Below, piece by piece: positions 7,538 through 16,657 of a stretch of DNA of 29,541 bases (its first letter is position 1; every line of letters starts with the position of its first letter). The notes beneath the pieces were generated by a model. That model did not search any database, was not told the DNA's origin, and was given only the letters and a program-made list of their open reading frames with translations. Origin of the DNA: Candidatus Acetothermia bacterium (GTDB lineage Bacteria; Bipolaricaulota; Bipolaricaulia; UBA7950; UBA9294); NCBI GenBank assembly GCA_003650505.1, contig QMQL01000001.1:1-29541 (forward strand), given 5' to 3'. Both the position numbers and the translations under genes were made by a program.

Positions 7538-7753
7538 TCAAGATAGGTCAAAAGGCTCGAGAGAGAACGTCCCCTTCGTCTCCTCCACGGCCTTCTCGAT
7601 CCTCAGTCTTGCCTCCTCGAGGCCCTTCTTCACCGATGCGGCGAGGGAAAGCCCCTCCTCGAACAGGGATATAGCCTCGTCGAGCGGGAGGTCGTCCTTC
7701 TCGAGGCGGGTCGTGATCTCCTCGAGCTTCTTCAGATCCTCTTCGATCTTCAT
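7538..7753 (-). CDS. xseB: Exodeoxyribonuclease VII small subunit
   Basis: LEEI..RLEKDDLPLDEAISLFEEGLSL; overlaps the xseA stop. Confidence 0.93.
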   Translation of the reverse strand: MKIEEDLKKLEEITTRLEKDDLPLDEAISLFEEGLSLAASVKKGLEEARLRIEKAVEETKGTFSLEPFDLS

Positions 7754-8967
7754 TCCTTCTTCACCTCCTCGATCCGGGATGATACCTCGCCCTGTAATAA
7801 GCGGGTTGTGATCTTGTCCCCTTTGGCGAGGCGCGAGGCGTTGCGGAGCGGGGTCTTCTCCCCCGCAAGGAACGTGATTGAATAGCCCCGCTGAAGAGGG
7901 ATTCGGGGATCAGAGAGGCGGAGGACGTCGGTCAGGTGGATCAGTCGATCGGAGCGTCCCTTCCACATCCGGACGGTCGAACCTACGATCCCGGACAGGG
8001 CGAGGTCGAGCCGCTGCTCGAGGGTCTCGGCCTTCCGGGATGGGAGTCGGTAGAGGTGGTCCCTCAGGCTCCGCTTCAGGGAGGTCACCCCCGCTTCCAA
8101 CCGGGAGGAGAGCGAGCGGGCCATCCTGCCGACGCTCCCCTCCAGGGTTTCGATGATCTTCTCCCGATCCGGGGCGACGAGTTCGGCCGCTGCCGAAGGC
8201 GTAGGGGCACGGAGGTCGGCGACGAAGTCGGTGATCGAGAAGTCTATCTCGTGGCCGACGGCCGACACAGAAGGGATCGGGCAGTCGAACAGGACCCGCG
8301 CTAGGCGCTCGTCGTTGAACGCCATCAGGTCCTCGGCCGATCCACCGCCGCGGCCGATGATCAGGAGGTCGAGGCGGCCTTCTGATTCGGAGAAGCGCTC
8401 GGCGGCATCGATCGCCGCGACCAACTCATCGGGGGCCCCCTCCCCTTGGACCGTCGCCGGGAACAGGAAGATCCGGGCGAGCGGCCATCGCCGCGAGAGG
8501 ACGGAATGGATGTCCCGGATCGCCGCCCCGTCGGGGGAGGTTATCACCCCGATCCGCTCTGGAAAACGGGGAAGAGGCTTCTTGTGAGCTTTATCGAACA
8601 GCCCCTCTTCCCGAAGCCGCCGCTTCAACCGCTCGAACGCCGCCTGCAGGGCCCCCTCTCCGATCGGTTGGATCAGAGAGGCGACGAGCTGGTAGCGGCC
8701 GCGCGGCTCGTATACGGTCAGCTTCCCGTAGGCGAGGACAACGGTCCCCGGCTCGAGCACGGCCTCGGGGATCCCGGGGATCCTGCTCCGGAACTTGACG
8801 ACGCTCAGCTCGGCCGATTCGTCCTTCAGGGTGAAGTAGAGGTGGCCGGAGGCGGCCCGCTTCAGCTCGGCGATCTCCCCTTTCACCCAGATCGGGTTGA
8901 ACGCCCCTTCGAGGAGCTCCCTGCTCTCCCGATTCAGCTCGGATACGGTGTAAACGCGCTCTTCCAT
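7750..8967 (-). CDS. xseA: Exodeoxyribonuclease VII large subunit
   Basis: YTVSELN, WVKGEI...ASGHLYFTLKD, IGVITSPDGAAIRDI, IIGRGGGSAEDL.AFNDE, SAVGHEID..I.DFVADLRAPTPSAAAE. Start placed at ATG 8967. Confidence 0.96.
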   Translation of the reverse strand: MEERVYTVSELNRESRELLEGAFNPIWVKGEIAELKRAASGHLYFTLKDESAELSVVKFRSRIPGIPEAVLEPGTVVLAYGKLTVYEPRGRYQLVASLIQPIGEGALQAAFERLKRRLREEGLFDKAHKKPLPRFPERIGVITSPDGAAIRDIHSVLSRRWPLARIFLFPATVQGEGAPDELVAAIDAAERFSESEGRLDLLIIGRGGGSAEDLMAFNDERLARVLFDCPIPSVSAVGHEIDFSITDFVADLRAPTPSAAAELVAPDREKIIETLEGSVGRMARSLSSRLEAGVTSLKRSLRDHLYRLPSRKAETLEQRLDLALSGIVGSTVRMWKGRSDRLIHLTDVLRLSDPRIPLQRGYSITFLAGEKTPLRNASRLAKGDKITTRLLQGEVSSRIEEVKKE

Positions 8968-9020
8968 CTTCTGCAAGTGTAGCCCCTCGACTGTGGTAGG
9001 GGAAATCCATGGCTGAAACC

Positions 9021-9049
9021 TTGAAATACACGCACCTTCAGGCTATAGT
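9021..9049 (+). promoter_or_regulatory. sigma70-type promoter giving a probably leaderless rnpA-greA-lysS transcript
   Basis: TTGAAA (9021-9026), 17 nt, TATAGT (9044-9049), 6 nt, ATG 9056. No SD. Confidence 0.75.
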
Positions 9050-9055
9050 CCCCTT

Positions 9056-9421
9056 ATGTCCGGCGGCGGTGGGAGCCGTTTTCCTGCCACGATGCGTCTG
9101 AAGCACAGGAAGGATTTCCAAGCGGTCTATCGGGACGGCGCAGTGTGGAAGGGTCACTGTTTTTCTCTCCACGTCCTTGAGAAGGAGGAAGGGAAGAGGA
9201 TCGGGATCGTCATCCCGCGGAAGTGGGGGACGGCGGTGGAGAGGAATCGGATGAAGAGGCGTCTCCGGGATGCGTTCCGGAGGAACGCGCATCTCCTTCC
9301 GAACGCTGATATCATCATAAAGCCGCAGGTCGAGTGCCGCGACGAGCCGGCCGATCGGATCGGCCGGATGCTCGTCGACGCCGTGACGAAGATCGTGCAA
9401 ACGGAGGTGGCCGATGAATAA
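9056..9421 (+). CDS. rnpA: Ribonuclease P protein component
   Basis: RLK.RKDFQAVY, RIGIVI.RKWGTAVERNRMKRRLRDAFR (RNR motif). Confidence 0.93.
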   Translation: MSGGGGSRFPATMRLKHRKDFQAVYRDGAVWKGHCFSLHVLEKEEGKRIGIVIPRKWGTAVERNRMKRRLRDAFRRNAHLLPNADIIIKPQVECRDEPADRIGRMLVDAVTKIVQTEVADE

Positions 9422-9893
9422 GGAAGCGATCTACCTCACCGAAGAGGGATACGCATTGATGAAGCAGGAGCTTGAGCACGCGCAGAAGATCCTTTACGAA
9501 GAGATCCCCGAGAAGCTGAAGGCCTCGAAGCTGAACGGCGGGGATCTGCGCGAGAACAAGGAGTACATGTACCTGCAGAGCCAGCAGCAGTACTACGAAC
9601 GTGAGGTGAGGAGGTTGACGTCGATCCTCGAGTCGGCGGAGATCCTCCCCGAGGAGGACATCTCCAAGGACGAGATCGGGATCGGATCGAGCTTCATCCT
9701 CCAGGATCTGACGATCATGGAGAGCGGGACGTTCACCCTCGTCAGCCGGCCGGAGGTCGACCTCGAAAAGGGGAAGATCTCGGTCGAGTCCCCTGTCGGA
9801 CGCCTCCTCCTCGGGAAGAAGGAGGGGGACGAGGTGACGGCCGCGCTCCCCTGGGGTGAGGCGAAGTTCCGCGTCATCTCCATCAACAAGTAG
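9414..9893 (+). CDS. greA: Transcription elongation factor GreA
   Basis: YLTEEGY..MK.EL, GDLRENKEY (acidic tip D/E), ISVESPVGRLLLGKKEGD. GGAGGT SD. Confidence 0.92.
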   Translation: MNKEAIYLTEEGYALMKQELEHAQKILYEEIPEKLKASKLNGGDLRENKEYMYLQSQQQYYEREVRRLTSILESAEILPEEDISKDEIGIGSSFILQDLTIMESGTFTLVSRPEVDLEKGKISVESPVGRLLLGKKEGDEVTAALPWGEAKFRVISINK

Positions 9894-9901
9894 GCCTCTC
9901 G

Positions 9902-11359
9902 ATGACCGATCCGTTGATGAAGGTCCGTTTGGACCATCTCGAGAACCTGAAGGCTCATGGTATCGATCCCTATCCCGCCCGCCTCCCGGCCGTCGAGCCG
10001 ATCGGAGGGGTGGTCGAGCGCCACGCGGACGACGGTCCGGACGAGCACGTCGCGATCGCTGGGCGGCTCGTCTCCTTCCGGCGGATGGGAAAGGCATCGT
10101 TCTTCGACCTGAGGGACGGCACGGGGAAGATCCAGGTGCACGCCACCGTCGATCGGCTCGGGGAGGAGGGCTACTCCCTGTTGTGTGAGAGCGACATCGG
10201 CGATTTCCTCTCCGTCTCTGGCCCGGTCTTCCGGACGAAGCGAGGCGAGTTGACGGTGGGGGCCGAGGAGTGGACGTTCCTCGCCAAGGCGATCCGCCCG
10301 CTCCCCGAGAAGTGGCACGGCCTGAAGGACGTCGAGCTCCGGCATCGGCATCGCTTCCTCGACCTGATCGCCAATCGGTCGACCCGGGAGAGGTTCCTCC
10401 TCCGCTCGCGGATGATCTCTTCGATCAGGGGTTTCCTCGATCGACAGGGGTTCGTCGAGGTGGAGACCCCGACGATGCAGCCGATCGCCGGCGGTGCGCT
10501 CGCCCGGCCGTTCATCACCCATCACAACGCCCTCGATATCGACCTCTACCTCAGGATCTCCCTCGAGCTTTACCTGAAGAGGCTGCTGGTCGGCGGGTTC
10601 GACCGGGTATACGAGATCGGGAAGTGCTTCCGAAACGAAGGGATATCGACCGAGCACAACCCGGAGTTCACCATGCTCGAGGTCTACCAAGCCTACTCCG
10701 ATTACGAGGGGATGATGGAGCTCGCCGAAGGGCTGGTGACGGAGAGCCTGAAGGAGACCCTCGGAGGTCTGGTGATCGAACGGGGAGGGGAGAAGATCGA
10801 TTTCTCTCCGCCTTGGCGCCGGGTCCGGATGTTCGATGCGGTTGAAGATGCCACGGGGATTGACGTCTCCTCCCTCTCTGCCGATGAGATAACGAAGGCT
10901 GCCTCTTCGAAGGGGATCGAGCTCCCCGAGGCCGAGGCGGGGAGGCTGGTCGAGGAGCTGTTCGAGCGGTTCGTGGAGCCGGCCCTCATCCGGCCGACGT
11001 TCGTCTACGACTATCCAGCGAGCATCTCTCCTCTCGCCAAGCGCTCCTCGAAGGACGAGCGGATCGTCGAGCGTTTCGAGCTCTTCGCATATGGAATGGA
11101 GTTGGCTAACGCGTTCACCGAGCTGAACGACCCGATCGACCAGAGGGAGAGGTTCGAGCGACAGCAGCGGCTCCGCGAGGGGGGGGACGAGGAGGCGCAC
11201 AGGATGGACGAGGACTTCCTGTTCGCCCTCGAGCACGGGATGCCGCCGGCAGGCGGGATGGGGATCGGGATCGATCGACTGGCGATGCTATACACAGGCG
11301 CCGAGTCGATCCGCGACGTCATTCTGTTCCCGACGCTCCGGGGAAGGGGTGAGCGGTGA
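9902..11359 (+). CDS. lysS: Lysine--tRNA ligase (class II)
   Basis: RRMGKASFFDL.D.TGKIQV, PLPEKWHGLKDVELR.R.RFLDLI, ARPFITHHNALD.DLYLRI, FRNEGIS.EHNPEFTMLE, ERFELF..GMELANAFTELNDP, GMPPAGGMGIGIDRL. Confidence 0.98.
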   Translation: MTDPLMKVRLDHLENLKAHGIDPYPARLPAVEPIGGVVERHADDGPDEHVAIAGRLVSFRRMGKASFFDLRDGTGKIQVHATVDRLGEEGYSLLCESDIGDFLSVSGPVFRTKRGELTVGAEEWTFLAKAIRPLPEKWHGLKDVELRHRHRFLDLIANRSTRERFLLRSRMISSIRGFLDRQGFVEVETPTMQPIAGGALARPFITHHNALDIDLYLRISLELYLKRLLVGGFDRVYEIGKCFRNEGISTEHNPEFTMLEVYQAYSDYEGMMELAEGLVTESLKETLGGLVIERGGEKIDFSPPWRRVRMFDAVEDATGIDVSSLSADEITKAASSKGIELPEAEAGRLVEELFERFVEPALIRPTFVYDYPASISPLAKRSSKDERIVERFELFAYGMELANAFTELNDPIDQRERFERQQRLREGGDEEAHRMDEDFLFALEHGMPPAGGMGIGIDRLAMLYTGAESIRDVILFPTLRGRGER

Positions 11360-11925
11360 GGGCGTGGGCGCGCGTGGGAGATGGGATAGATTCCCTCGTG
11401 GAGCGGCTCTTCCGCTGGGACAAGCGGATGGTAGCCACGTTGAGCGGGAACCCGGCCCTCCGCCGGCTCTCCCCCCTCTTCCTCACCGCGACGATCCTCG
11501 GTGACGGCTACATCTGGGGAGGGCTCGGTCTCGGGCTGATCTTGTTCGGCAGGCCGATCGATCGGGTGAACGTGTTGATCGGCCTTGCTGTCTCGATCGT
11601 GAACGTCGCCACCTTCCGGTTCTTGAAGCTCGTCTTCGCTCGGGCACGGCCGATCCCGGTCGAGGACGCCCTCCGATCGCGGTTGATCGACACCTACTCC
11701 TTCCCATCCGGGCACGCCACGACCTCGTTCGGCCTCGCCTGGGTCGCGGTCACCTCCTACCCTCATCCCTTGGTCGGGGTGGGGATCTACCTTCTCGCTT
11801 CCCTGATCTCCTTCTCCCGGGTGTTCGTGCGTGAGCACTACCCTCTCGACGTCCTGTTCGGCGCCGTCCTCGGCTCCCTCATCGCCGCCTATATCGTCCC
11901 GTTCCTCCGCTGGCTCACCTTTTGA
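11356..11925 (+). CDS. PAP2-family membrane phosphatase (undecaprenyl-PP/lipid phosphatase-like)
   Basis: K-x6-RP (KLVFARARP), SFPSGH and SRVFVREHYPLDV motifs, hydrophobic segments. GTG start overlaps the lysS stop. Confidence 0.88.
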   Translation: MRAWARVGDGIDSLVERLFRWDKRMVATLSGNPALRRLSPLFLTATILGDGYIWGGLGLGLILFGRPIDRVNVLIGLAVSIVNVATFRFLKLVFARARPIPVEDALRSRLIDTYSFPSGHATTSFGLAWVAVTSYPHPLVGVGIYLLASLISFSRVFVREHYPLDVLFGAVLGSLIAAYIVPFLRWLTF

Positions 11926-11991
11926 AGAACGCCTTAAAAATCGCGTAGAATCTGGCGGTTTGTCCACCTACTACGTAGCAAGGAGAGTCCG

Positions 11992-13221
11992 ATGAGAAAG
12001 CACTTCTCCAGTCGTGTGTTGGGTGCAAAGCGATCCGCGATCCGTGAGCTCCTCAAGCTGGCCGAACGGCCCGAGATCATCTCGTTCAGCGGCGGGTTCC
12101 CCGACCCCGAGACCTTCCCCCATGAAGAGTTTGCGGAGATCGCCGCCGAGGAGATCAGGGATAATTATCGGGATGTTCTCCAGTACAGTACGACCGAGGG
12201 GAGCAAGACCTTCCGGAGGGGCGTCTCCGGGTGGCTGAAAGAGCAAGGGATAGAGGCATCGATCGATGAGATCCTGGTGACGACCGCCTCTCAGCAAGGG
12301 CTCGACCTGATCTGCAAGGCGTTCGTCGATCCCGCTGATGTGATCTTCTGCGGACTCCCCACCTACCTCGGTGCGATCCAGGCGTTCACCCTGTTCCAGG
12401 CGACGAAGATCGGGATACCGCTTGAGGACGACGGGATGAACCTCGATGTGCTCGAGGAGGAGATCGGTGCGGCGAGGAGGGGAGGGAAGGTCCTGAAGGG
12501 GATCTACGTGATACCCGACTTCCAGAACCCGAGTGGGATAACGATGTCCCTTAAGAAGAGGGAGCGACTCCTCGAGATAGCCCGGCGGGAGGACCTCCTC
12601 ATCTTCGAGGACAACCCGTACGGGCATCTCCGGTTCTCAGGGGAGCCGATCCGCTCGATCTACAGCCTCGACGATGAGGGCAGGGTCATCATGCTTGTCA
12701 CCTTCTCCAAGACCCTCGCTGCCGGGCTCAGGCTGGCGGTGATGCTCGCTCGGGGCGACGCGATGGACGCCCTCGTCCGGGTGAAGCAGGCGACCGACCT
12801 TTGCACGTCGAAGCTGATCCAGCGGCTCGCCGCGCGCTACATCGAGCGCTACCGCTTCGATCTGCACCTCGCCGAGATCAGCCGGACCTACCGGAGGAAG
12901 AAGGAGGCGATGATCCGCGCCCTCGAGCGCTACATGCCGGCTGAGGATGGGATCCGCTGGACCGATCCGGACGGCGGGCTCTTCGTCTGGATGTGGCTCC
13001 CCGAGGGGATCGACACCGAGGAGATGCTCGATCGGGCGATCGAGGAGAAGGTCGCATACGTCCCCGGGGCCGCCACCCACGTCGACGGAGGTGGGGCGAA
13101 CACCCTCAGGCTCGCCTTCTCCCTGGCGAGCGAGGAGGATATCGACGAGGGGATCCGCCGACTCGCCGAGGTGGTGAAAAGGGAGATCGCGGCGAAGAAG
13201 AGGGAGGGCGTAGCGACCTGA
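11992..13221 (+). CDS. PLP-dependent class I aminotransferase (LysN/aromatic aminotransferase-like)
   Basis: IRELLKL...PEIISFSGGFPDP, YVIPDFQNPSG, IFEDNPYG, FSKTLA.GLR (PLP lysine), P.GGLFVW. AAGGAG SD and a TTGAAG-18-TAGAAT promoter at 11922-11951. Confidence 0.9.
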   Translation: MRKHFSSRVLGAKRSAIRELLKLAERPEIISFSGGFPDPETFPHEEFAEIAAEEIRDNYRDVLQYSTTEGSKTFRRGVSGWLKEQGIEASIDEILVTTASQQGLDLICKAFVDPADVIFCGLPTYLGAIQAFTLFQATKIGIPLEDDGMNLDVLEEEIGAARRGGKVLKGIYVIPDFQNPSGITMSLKKRERLLEIARREDLLIFEDNPYGHLRFSGEPIRSIYSLDDEGRVIMLVTFSKTLAAGLRLAVMLARGDAMDALVRVKQATDLCTSKLIQRLAARYIERYRFDLHLAEISRTYRRKKEAMIRALERYMPAEDGIRWTDPDGGLFVWMWLPEGIDTEEMLDRAIEEKVAYVPGAATHVDGGGANTLRLAFSLASEEDIDEGIRRLAEVVKREIAAKKREGVAT

Positions 13222-13310
13222 GCCCCTCAAAACCCGCTTCCTCAGGGAACCTCGGGCGAATGGTAAGACGGCCGGAAATGAGATCGGCGGGGCCCTGGAC
13301 GACCTCTTCG

Positions 13311-14372
13311 CTATAGCGTTTGAAGATCGATCAGATTAGGGAGGTCGCTCAGGAACCTCTCCACCAGCCTGACGGTGTTCTCCAGGTCGTTCAGGCGTAG
13401 GGTCGAGATCGGCGAGTGGATGTACCGGCACGGGACGGAGACGACGCCCGCCGGGACCCCTCCGCGTGTCAGGTGGATCGCCCCGGCGTCAGTCCCCCCA
13501 TAGGTCGGGAGTTTGTATTGATAGGGGATCGCCTCCTCCTCGGCCGCTCCCTCCAGGCCCTCTATCACCCTCCGGGAGACGATGATCGACCGATCGGCGA
13601 CGCTGATCGCCGGGCCGCGGCCGAGCCTGACCGGCTGGCTCTCCTCCGGGACACCGGGCATGTCGGCGCCGATCGTCCCTTCGAGGGCGAGGGCCAAGTC
13701 TGGTTTGATACTGAACGCCGCCGTCCGTGCCCCGCGGAGACCGACCTCCTCCCCGAACGTGAACGCGAAGGCGAGGGTGTAGGGGAGGTCGAGGCCGACC
13801 AAGCGGCGGGCGACCTGGATCGCGACCGTGCACCCGGCCCGATCGTCGAACGCCTTCCCGGTGACGTACCCGCCGGGAAGATCTATGAAAGGGTAGTGGA
13901 TCGTCAGCGGATCGCCGATTCTGATCCCAAGCTCGGTTATCTCCTGCTTAGATGCCGCGCCGACGTCGATGAACATCCTCTCGATCGGGATCGGCCTCTT
14001 CCTCTCCTCCTCGGTGAGGATGTGGGGAGGGGCGGTCCCTATCACGCCGTAGCGCTTATCCCCGCTCCGCGTCAGGATCTCCACCCGATGGCCGGGGATG
14101 ATCCGCTCGTCCCAGCCTCCGATCGGCGCGAACCGGAGGTACCCCTTCTCGTCGATCCACTTGACGATGAATCCGACCTCGTCCATGTGGGCGTCGATCA
14201 TCACGACGCGCTCTCCTCCCCTCCGGACGGCGATCAGGTTCCCGAGCGGATCGACGGAGAGCTCGTCGACAGAATCTTCGATCAGGGAGGCGATCTTCTC
14301 CCTTACCTCGTCCTCGAACCCGGATACGCCGAACGCATCGGACAGCTCCCGCAAGACGTCGATCGATTCCAT
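13311..14372 (-). CDS. M42 family metallopeptidase (TET aminopeptidase-like)
   Basis: GVSGFE.EVR, AHMDEVG, KAFDDRAG, EEVGLRGA, GGTDAG, SVPCRYIHSP. AGGAGG SD. Confidence 0.93.
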   Translation of the reverse strand: MESIDVLRELSDAFGVSGFEDEVREKIASLIEDSVDELSVDPLGNLIAVRRGGERVVMIDAHMDEVGFIVKWIDEKGYLRFAPIGGWDERIIPGHRVEILTRSGDKRYGVIGTAPPHILTEEERKRPIPIERMFIDVGAASKQEITELGIRIGDPLTIHYPFIDLPGGYVTGKAFDDRAGCTVAIQVARRLVGLDLPYTLAFAFTFGEEVGLRGARTAAFSIKPDLALALEGTIGADMPGVPEESQPVRLGRGPAISVADRSIIVSRRVIEGLEGAAEEEAIPYQYKLPTYGGTDAGAIHLTRGGVPAGVVSVPCRYIHSPISTLRLNDLENTVRLVERFLSDLPNLIDLQTL

Positions 14373-14403
14373 TTCGACCTCCTAGATGGTTGGAGAGTAT
14401 ACA

Positions 14404-16242
14404 TCAACCCCTGAGATGGGCGATCACCCTTTCTGCGAGCTTGAGCGGTATCCCGGTCGCAGCGTGGACCTCCTCGGCCGAGGCGGCTGCGAGCCGATCG
14501 AGCGATGGGAAGGCCCGGATCAGGGATCCCTTCCGCTTCGGCCCGATCCCCGGGACCTCGTCGAGGAGCGACGACAGGCTCTTTCTCGCGCGCAATCGGC
14601 GGTGATAGTCGATCGCGAACCGATGCGCCTCGTCGCGGATCCGCCTGAGGAGGAGGAGGGATGGGCTCTCAGGCGGAAGGACGATCGGATCGGGTCGGTT
14701 GGGGACGAAGATCTCCTCGTGGCGTTTGGCAAGTCCGATCACCTCTAGTCCCTCGATGTTAAGTTCCTTTAAAACGGCGATCCCGACGTTCAGCTGCCCC
14801 TTCCCTCCGTCGATCAGGACGAGGTCGGGGAACTCGGAGAACTTCCCCCCCGCGATCGTCGGGTCCGCAATCTCGGCTAGACCGCGGGAGAACCTCCTCC
14901 GGAGGACCTCGGCCATCATCGCGTAATCGTCAGGCTTTCCCGCCAGGTGGACCTTGAACCTCCGGTAGGCGTCCCGCCGCGGACGGCCGTTCTCGAAGAC
15001 GACCATCGAGCCTGTCGCCTCCTTCCCCTGGGTGTTCGAGATGTCGAACGCCTCGATCCTCTGGGGGAAAACCGCGAGGGAAAGGGCCTCGGCCAGCTCG
15101 ACGAGCCCGGCCGCCTCCGCATGCCGGATCGCGTCCTCCTTCTCGCCTTCCTTCAGGGAGAACCGGGCGTTCTCGTTCGCCAGCTCGACGCGCCGCCGCT
15201 TCTCCCCCCGCTTCGGGACGCGGAGGCGGACCCGGTTCCCACGGAGGGTGGAGAGCCATCCCTCGATCCTCTCGGGATCGTCGATCCCCGTCGGCAGGAG
15301 GATCTCCTTCGGGATGAACGAAGCGCTCGAGTAGTATTGGGTGAGGAAGGCATCGACGATTTCCGCCTCGCTCGACCCGGTCGGTATCCTCAGGTGGAAC
15401 GCCTCCCTCCCGACGAGCCGGCCGGAGCGGACGGCGAACACCTGGGCGCACGCCCGCCCCTCCCCAACCGCGAGGCCGATCGCGTCCCGATCGATGAGGT
15501 CGGGGAGGACGACCGATTGCCGCTCGAGGGCGAGGGTGAGGGAGGCGATCGTGTCCCGGAGAGAGGCGGCCCGCTCGTACTTTTGATCGCCCGCAGCGGC
15601 GAGCATCTCCCCTCTAAGCCGCTCGAGGAGCCCTGAGGTCCTCCCCGCGAAGAGCATCGCCGCCCCGTTCACTAGCCGGGTGTACTCCTCCTCGCTGATC
15701 AGACCTGCGCACGGGGCGGAGCAACGGCCGATCTGGTAGTTGAGGCACGGCCGGCGCGGTGATCTGAGCGGCAGGGTCAACGAGCAGGTCCTGATCGGGA
15801 AGAGCCTCTGGGCGAGCTTCAGAGTGGCGCGCATCGCTTTGGCGTTCGTGTGCGGGCCGAAGTAGCGGGCCCCGTCGTTTGCGCGGCGGCGGACGATCAT
15901 CACCCTGGGGAACGGCTCCTTGGTGATCTTCAGGTATGGATAGCGCTTGTCGTCGCGAAGCCGAACGTTGAACCTCGGTTTGTGTTTCTTGATCAGGCCG
16001 TCCTCGAGGAGGAACGCCTCCGCCTCCGTCTCCGTTCGGATCACCTCGAAGTCGGCGATCTCGGCTACTAGGGCATGCGTCTTCGTAGATAGCCGATCGA
16101 TCGACTGGAAGTAAGAGCGGACGCGGCTCCGAAGGGATGCCGCCTTCCCGACGTAGATCACCTCCCCGGTACTGTCCTTCATCAGGTAGACCCCGGGCGA
16201 GGAAGGAAGCCGTGATAGTTTGCCTTTGAGCGCTTCGTGCAT
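14404..16242 (-). CDS. uvrC: Excinuclease ABC subunit C
   Basis: LP.SPGVYLM...GEVIYVGKAASLRSRVRSYF (GIY-YIG), KPRFNVRLRDDKRYPYL, RIEAFDISN, DLVLIDGGKGQL, IRDEAHRFAI.YHR, HhH VPGIGPKRK. ATG 16242. Confidence 0.97.
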   Translation of the reverse strand: MHEALKGKLSRLPSSPGVYLMKDSTGEVIYVGKAASLRSRVRSYFQSIDRLSTKTHALVAEIADFEVIRTETEAEAFLLEDGLIKKHKPRFNVRLRDDKRYPYLKITKEPFPRVMIVRRRANDGARYFGPHTNAKAMRATLKLAQRLFPIRTCSLTLPLRSPRRPCLNYQIGRCSAPCAGLISEEEYTRLVNGAAMLFAGRTSGLLERLRGEMLAAAGDQKYERAASLRDTIASLTLALERQSVVLPDLIDRDAIGLAVGEGRACAQVFAVRSGRLVGREAFHLRIPTGSSEAEIVDAFLTQYYSSASFIPKEILLPTGIDDPERIEGWLSTLRGNRVRLRVPKRGEKRRRVELANENARFSLKEGEKEDAIRHAEAAGLVELAEALSLAVFPQRIEAFDISNTQGKEATGSMVVFENGRPRRDAYRRFKVHLAGKPDDYAMMAEVLRRRFSRGLAEIADPTIAGGKFSEFPDLVLIDGGKGQLNVGIAVLKELNIEGLEVIGLAKRHEEIFVPNRPDPIVLPPESPSLLLLRRIRDEAHRFAIDYHRRLRARKSLSSLLDEVPGIGPKRKGSLIRAFPSLDRLAAASAEEVHAATGIPLKLAERVIAHLRG

Positions 16243-16292
16243 GATCGAGTCTATCGTAGCGAGCCGGGCGATCGTCCTCAAACCGGCGGGGA

Positions 16293-16321
16293 TTGCAGCT
16301 CCCAGGGCTTTGGGCTATGAT
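16293..16321 (+). promoter_or_regulatory. sigma70-type promoter for tRNA-Ala
   Basis: TTGCAG (16293-16298), 17 nt, TATGAT (16316-16321). Confidence 0.65.
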
Positions 16322-16333
16322 TTCGATGAATTT

Positions 16334-16409
16334 GGGGGTGTAGCTCTAACGGGAGAGCGCCCGCCTTGCACGCGGGAGGATGGCGGTTCGAATCCGCTCG
16401 CCTCCACCA
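16334..16409 (+). tRNA. tRNA-Ala(TGC)
   Basis: GGGGGTG/CGCCTCC acceptor with G3:U70, anticodon arm CCCGC-CTTGCAC-GCGGG, TTCGAAT T-loop, encoded ACCA end. Confidence 0.96.
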
Positions 16410-16560
16410 TCTGAACCGGAACCCCCTCTTTCGTCCCCCTTCCTTAAGGTGAACGACACCGTTGGAGGTAAGGGCATGATCCGTCACCCGCCTCGGTCAT
16501 TCAGCTCAGGCGGTTTGTCTTCGGCTGAATGTTGCAATGTTGATAGTCTGAGTTTACGAC

Positions 16561-16589
16561 TTGACAAGTGCCCGGTTGAGCGATACCTT
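16561..16589 (+). promoter_or_regulatory. sigma70-type promoter upstream of the kinase/ABC operon
   Basis: TTGACA (16561-16566), 17 nt, TACCTT (16584-16589). Confidence 0.6.
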
Positions 16590-16657
16590 AACGGGTATAT
16601 GGGCACGGACGGCGGTTATGTCGACCATATGTTGATGCGCATCACGGAGAGGGTGTG

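Noticed and set aside
9593-11236. 547-aa antisense ORF opposite greA/lysS, and similar long shadow ORFs (620-1381, 1486-2253, 3339-4040, 11011-11967, 13416-14414, 14947-15636)
   Set aside because: They overlap well-supported genes on the opposite strand or another frame, have no recognisable motifs, and are expected from GC-rich codon bias.
13222-13310. ~90-nt gap between the convergent aminotransferase and M42 genes
   Set aside because: No convincing hairpin, ORF or repeat was found by eye.
16410-16480. Possible prophage/ICE attachment site or integrase after tRNA-Ala
   Set aside because: No integrase, transposase or repeat of the tRNA 3' end is present in the window.
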